A DNA stretch of 64,000 bases from positions 105,278,001 through 105,342,000 of the forward strand of contig CM059431.1 of NCBI GenBank assembly GCA_030390025.1, in the 5' to 3' direction. The notes beneath the pieces are model-generated. The model made no database searches. It saw nothing but the letters and a program-made list of their open reading frames with translations, and was not told the origin of the DNA. The DNA is from Squalus acanthias. Taxonomy: Eukaryota. A program made the translations under genes and the position numbers. The stretch's first letter is position 1. Every line of letters begins with the position of its first letter. This document shows, piece after piece, positions 61,254 through 64,000 of the stretch.

Positions 61254-62929
61254 TGTAAGGGTTTGCGAGCGTGTCTCTCAGCCCGTGAGATTCGTGTGGC
61301 TCTGTGCAGCCTGTATGTCAGTGCGGGTTTAGGCCTTGTTGCCTGTTCTGGTCTCCAGCCAGTCTGGGAACACTAGACACACCTGTGAGTGGTTCGAATC
61401 ACTCGCCCTTACGGTTCTAGACACTGGACTTAGATGCGAGAGCAGTAATGGAGATGAAACTCATGTAGACTCGGTTGAATGGTACGAAATGGAAAATCTT
61501 TATTGCATAATGTTTAAGATTACGAAATACATGTCATAAGCACAGATTAATGACAGTACAATCTGACACGCAGTTATGTAACTAATTCTAGGGAAACGAG
61601 GAACGAACGACACACCGTAAATGGGGGCACACATTACAATTATCCTTAGTACTTAAACCCTCCCCTATCAATATCTGTCCTAGCTAGATTCGTAGGATTC
61701 GAGACTCATGCTCACCACTCGTGATAACTCGGAGAAATTCCGAATAGCTGATCGGATGTTTTCACCGCAGCACCCACGTGTCGATCAGGGGGTCTCCTGG
61801 CCCCACTTGTTTACTTGCTTCTGCTCCGGCTAGCAGGCTGGAACGTCTGTTGTTATGAAGATCTGTGTTTGTGGGTTTCACGTACCAGTCAACACTTAAG
61901 AGAATAATCTCTCGGTGTTCGTCATGAGGATCTGCCCTGATGGGTTTCACAGACCAGTCAATACCTCAAAGAAGAATCTTCCGGGGTCCGTTCTTTAAAG
62001 TTCAAAGAAGTCTTCCTGGCAAGGAAAAATGTCTATTCGACCTACAGGCGCGGTCGGGGCTTACTGACCGTGGCGATAAGTATGGTCTTCGTCTCTTCTC
62101 ATCTCATCTCATCTCTTCTCGGGCCTTTGGTTCCGATGCCGGTTACCAACACAGGTCTTCGTGACACGACACGAGGTAGATCCGAACGGATCACAAAGTT
62201 CAACAGTCTTTTAAAAAAAGACACCAGGCAAACAGGAACAAGACGGCGAGTCAAGAACACAGGAGCAGCCACGAGGATGAACACCAGCAAGATAAGAGAA
62301 AGATGGACGGCTGGAGCCTGCAATTATAGTACAAAATCTTCCGTTTCCCGCCCAACCTCAATGTCCCTTCCTTTTGTTAGGGTTTGGCGCTCAAATGTCT
62401 TGTATAGGTGATCTCCGGTTTTAATGGGTTTCGGGGCTACTCGTAAATGTCTGAGTACCTGTTAATATTTCTCCCATTGTTTAATCGGTCGGTATTCTCC
62501 CTGGAGGGGTTTTGGGGCCTCCAAGTGTTTTCTGTAACTACCCGCTAACGGCTCTCTCATCGTAGAGTCGTTGGGATTTTACATATTAATGTCTTTGGAT
62601 GGGTTCTTGATTACTGGGTACAATAGCCTTTATTCGTACCTGGGAGACCGATTCCAGTATCTATGTGTATACTGCAAACCCAAGATGTCTCGTGTATTAT
62701 CTTCGATGTGCTGAATCTTAATCGATCTTGCACAAATGTTTATTGGAACGCCATCTTGTCTGCCTGTCGAAAAGTCTAGAATGTTCCGCCACGAGGTGCG
62801 GCGGCCATTTTACAAGCTGCTTGTGTCCACTTTGAAACCTGACAGCATTCTGCTGAAATAAAAGCTGTTTGAACGAAACTATGTGTTTTCTCCTTATTAA
62901 TAAAATCACGATATATTGCGAATTCTACA
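61254..62929 (-). mobile_element. 3' LTR (1676 bp) of an ERV-like provirus, family 1 (diverged subfamily)
   Basis: TGTA...TACA termini; colinear with both solo LTRs; AATAAA on - at 61499-61504; preceded on - by PPT and env. Confidence 0.9.
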
Positions 62930-62940
62930 GTCCCTCCTGT
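62930..62940 (-). promoter_or_regulatory. Polypurine tract (short)
   Basis: Minus strand ACAGGAGGGAC immediately before the LTR start TGTAG. Confidence 0.7.
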
Positions 62941-63376
62941 TGATGCGAATAACTCCGCTTATCGTATCAAAAATATTGTGGTGAGCAATATTATCTCGAT
63001 TTTCTCCGAATCCAGAAAATTAATCCCATAACTTAAACTAGCTAGGGTCTTTGTGTCATCCTTATTTCCCAAGAAAATTACATTTTATAGCACCGTAGGC
63101 ATTATTTGCCTTTAAACTTACACCACTTGTTTTCCTTCCAGGCGTAACCAGGCCGATGCCTCTCGTATCACCTGTATATTCATCTTTTATTCAGGGAAAG
63201 GAAAAACAAAACCCAAAACCAAACAATCATTTTTAACTACAACACCATTACCAAAATAATCAACACCAACTCTTAAAACATGTCAAGTTCCAAACGTATT
63301 TACAGTCTTTGAAAATCATGATCGAGTACAAACTTTCGCGGCGCACGTGGCGAGCGGGAGTGACGGCATTTTCCGA

Positions 63377-64000
63377 TCACACGGTGCTTTCATCGTGCAC
63401 GCGCACATAACGTTCTCGCCACTCTCCCGTGTTTTCATGCTTGGTGAGGCGTTTGTCTCTTTTACAATGTACGACCAATAGGTATACTACAATAAAAACT
63501 TGGCATACTACTAAAATGTGGGAGGCTATCCTGATCCATGAAGGTACTTCAATGTTGGTGAACAGATTCCACCACGGTGGAATTACTATATCCAGAATGT
63601 CTGTCCCTCTTTCGACAGTTTTCTGCTCTAATGTGTAAAAATGTTTCTGTGACACCGCGACGGCTTTTAAAAGCTTGGTGAGGTGTTCAGGGAGAGGGGG
63701 AATGAGGTATCCGAAATGCGCGACGAATCGCTGCAAGTCGGTGAAATTCTCTTTTACGGTGAGATGAACCGTGGATGGTTCAGGGATTGGGACAATTCGC
63801 TGTTGTGCTACTTGAACTTCCGCCCGGGGTTTGAAACAGAAACTGCTGTCACTCACCGGACACCGGCTACGGTTTCCATGCTGGTAGTGTCGCGCTGCAG
63901 TGGTAACACAATATGTTCCACCCCCGATGTATGCTACCTGCGGAGGCACATGATCTTGTGCCATTGCCTCCATGGTGCAATTCATGGACTTGGCGCCAGC
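63377..64000 (-). CDS. env: Envelope glycoprotein C-terminal (TM subunit-like) part of ERV-like element; ORF open off the window edge
   Basis: 207 uninterrupted codons directly upstream of PPT/LTR; Cys-containing ectodomain with NCT/NRS/NFT sequons, heptad-like helix LTKLLKAVAVSQKHFYTLEQKTVE, Trp-rich PPWWNLF..PSW, hydrophobic span IASHILVVCQVFIVVYLLVV, basic KRDKR. Confidence 0.8.
   Translation of the reverse strand, partial: AGAKSMNCTMEAMAQDHVPPQVAYIGGGTYCVTTAARHYQHGNRSRCPVSDSSFCFKPRAEVQVAQQRIVPIPEPSTVHLTVKENFTDLQRFVAHFGYLIPPLPEHLTKLLKAVAVSQKHFYTLEQKTVERGTDILDIVIPPWWNLFTNIEVPSWIRIASHILVVCQVFIVVYLLVVHCKRDKRLTKHENTGEWRERYVRVHDESTV

Overview
Repeat-dominated vertebrate genomic DNA, almost certainly from a cartilaginous fish (shark-like). 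It contains HE1-type V-SINE, Deu-domain SINEs, HER1/CR1 LINEs, L2 3' ends, a Neptune-type Penelope remnant, a decayed Harbinger transposon and many Harbinger-type MITEs with 3-bp TSDs. No host protein-coding gene could be identified with confidence, and nearly all ORFs in the track are TE fragments. Main points of interest: (1) A ~3.2-kb minus-strand LINE (37622-40840) starts with a tRNA-derived A/B-box head, has no ORF1 and runs straight into an APE-endonuclease/RT ORF. Its sense strand is almost free of TTTT runs, which suggests a Pol III-transcribed protein-coding retroelement, and a matching head+tail SINE lies at 34491-34903. (2) The 3' end of an endogenous retrovirus-like element (env fragment, PPT, 1.68-kb LTR; 61254-64000) has an env without gamma-type motifs that resembles foamy-type TM by eye. 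Two 1.64-1.65-kb solo LTRs of the same family carry 4-bp TSDs. (3) A second, unrelated solo LTR has TATA / splice donor / poly(A) order reminiscent of foamy viruses. (4) A four-level TE nest at 22778-27343 has every TSD readable. All family assignments are by eye and need database confirmation.
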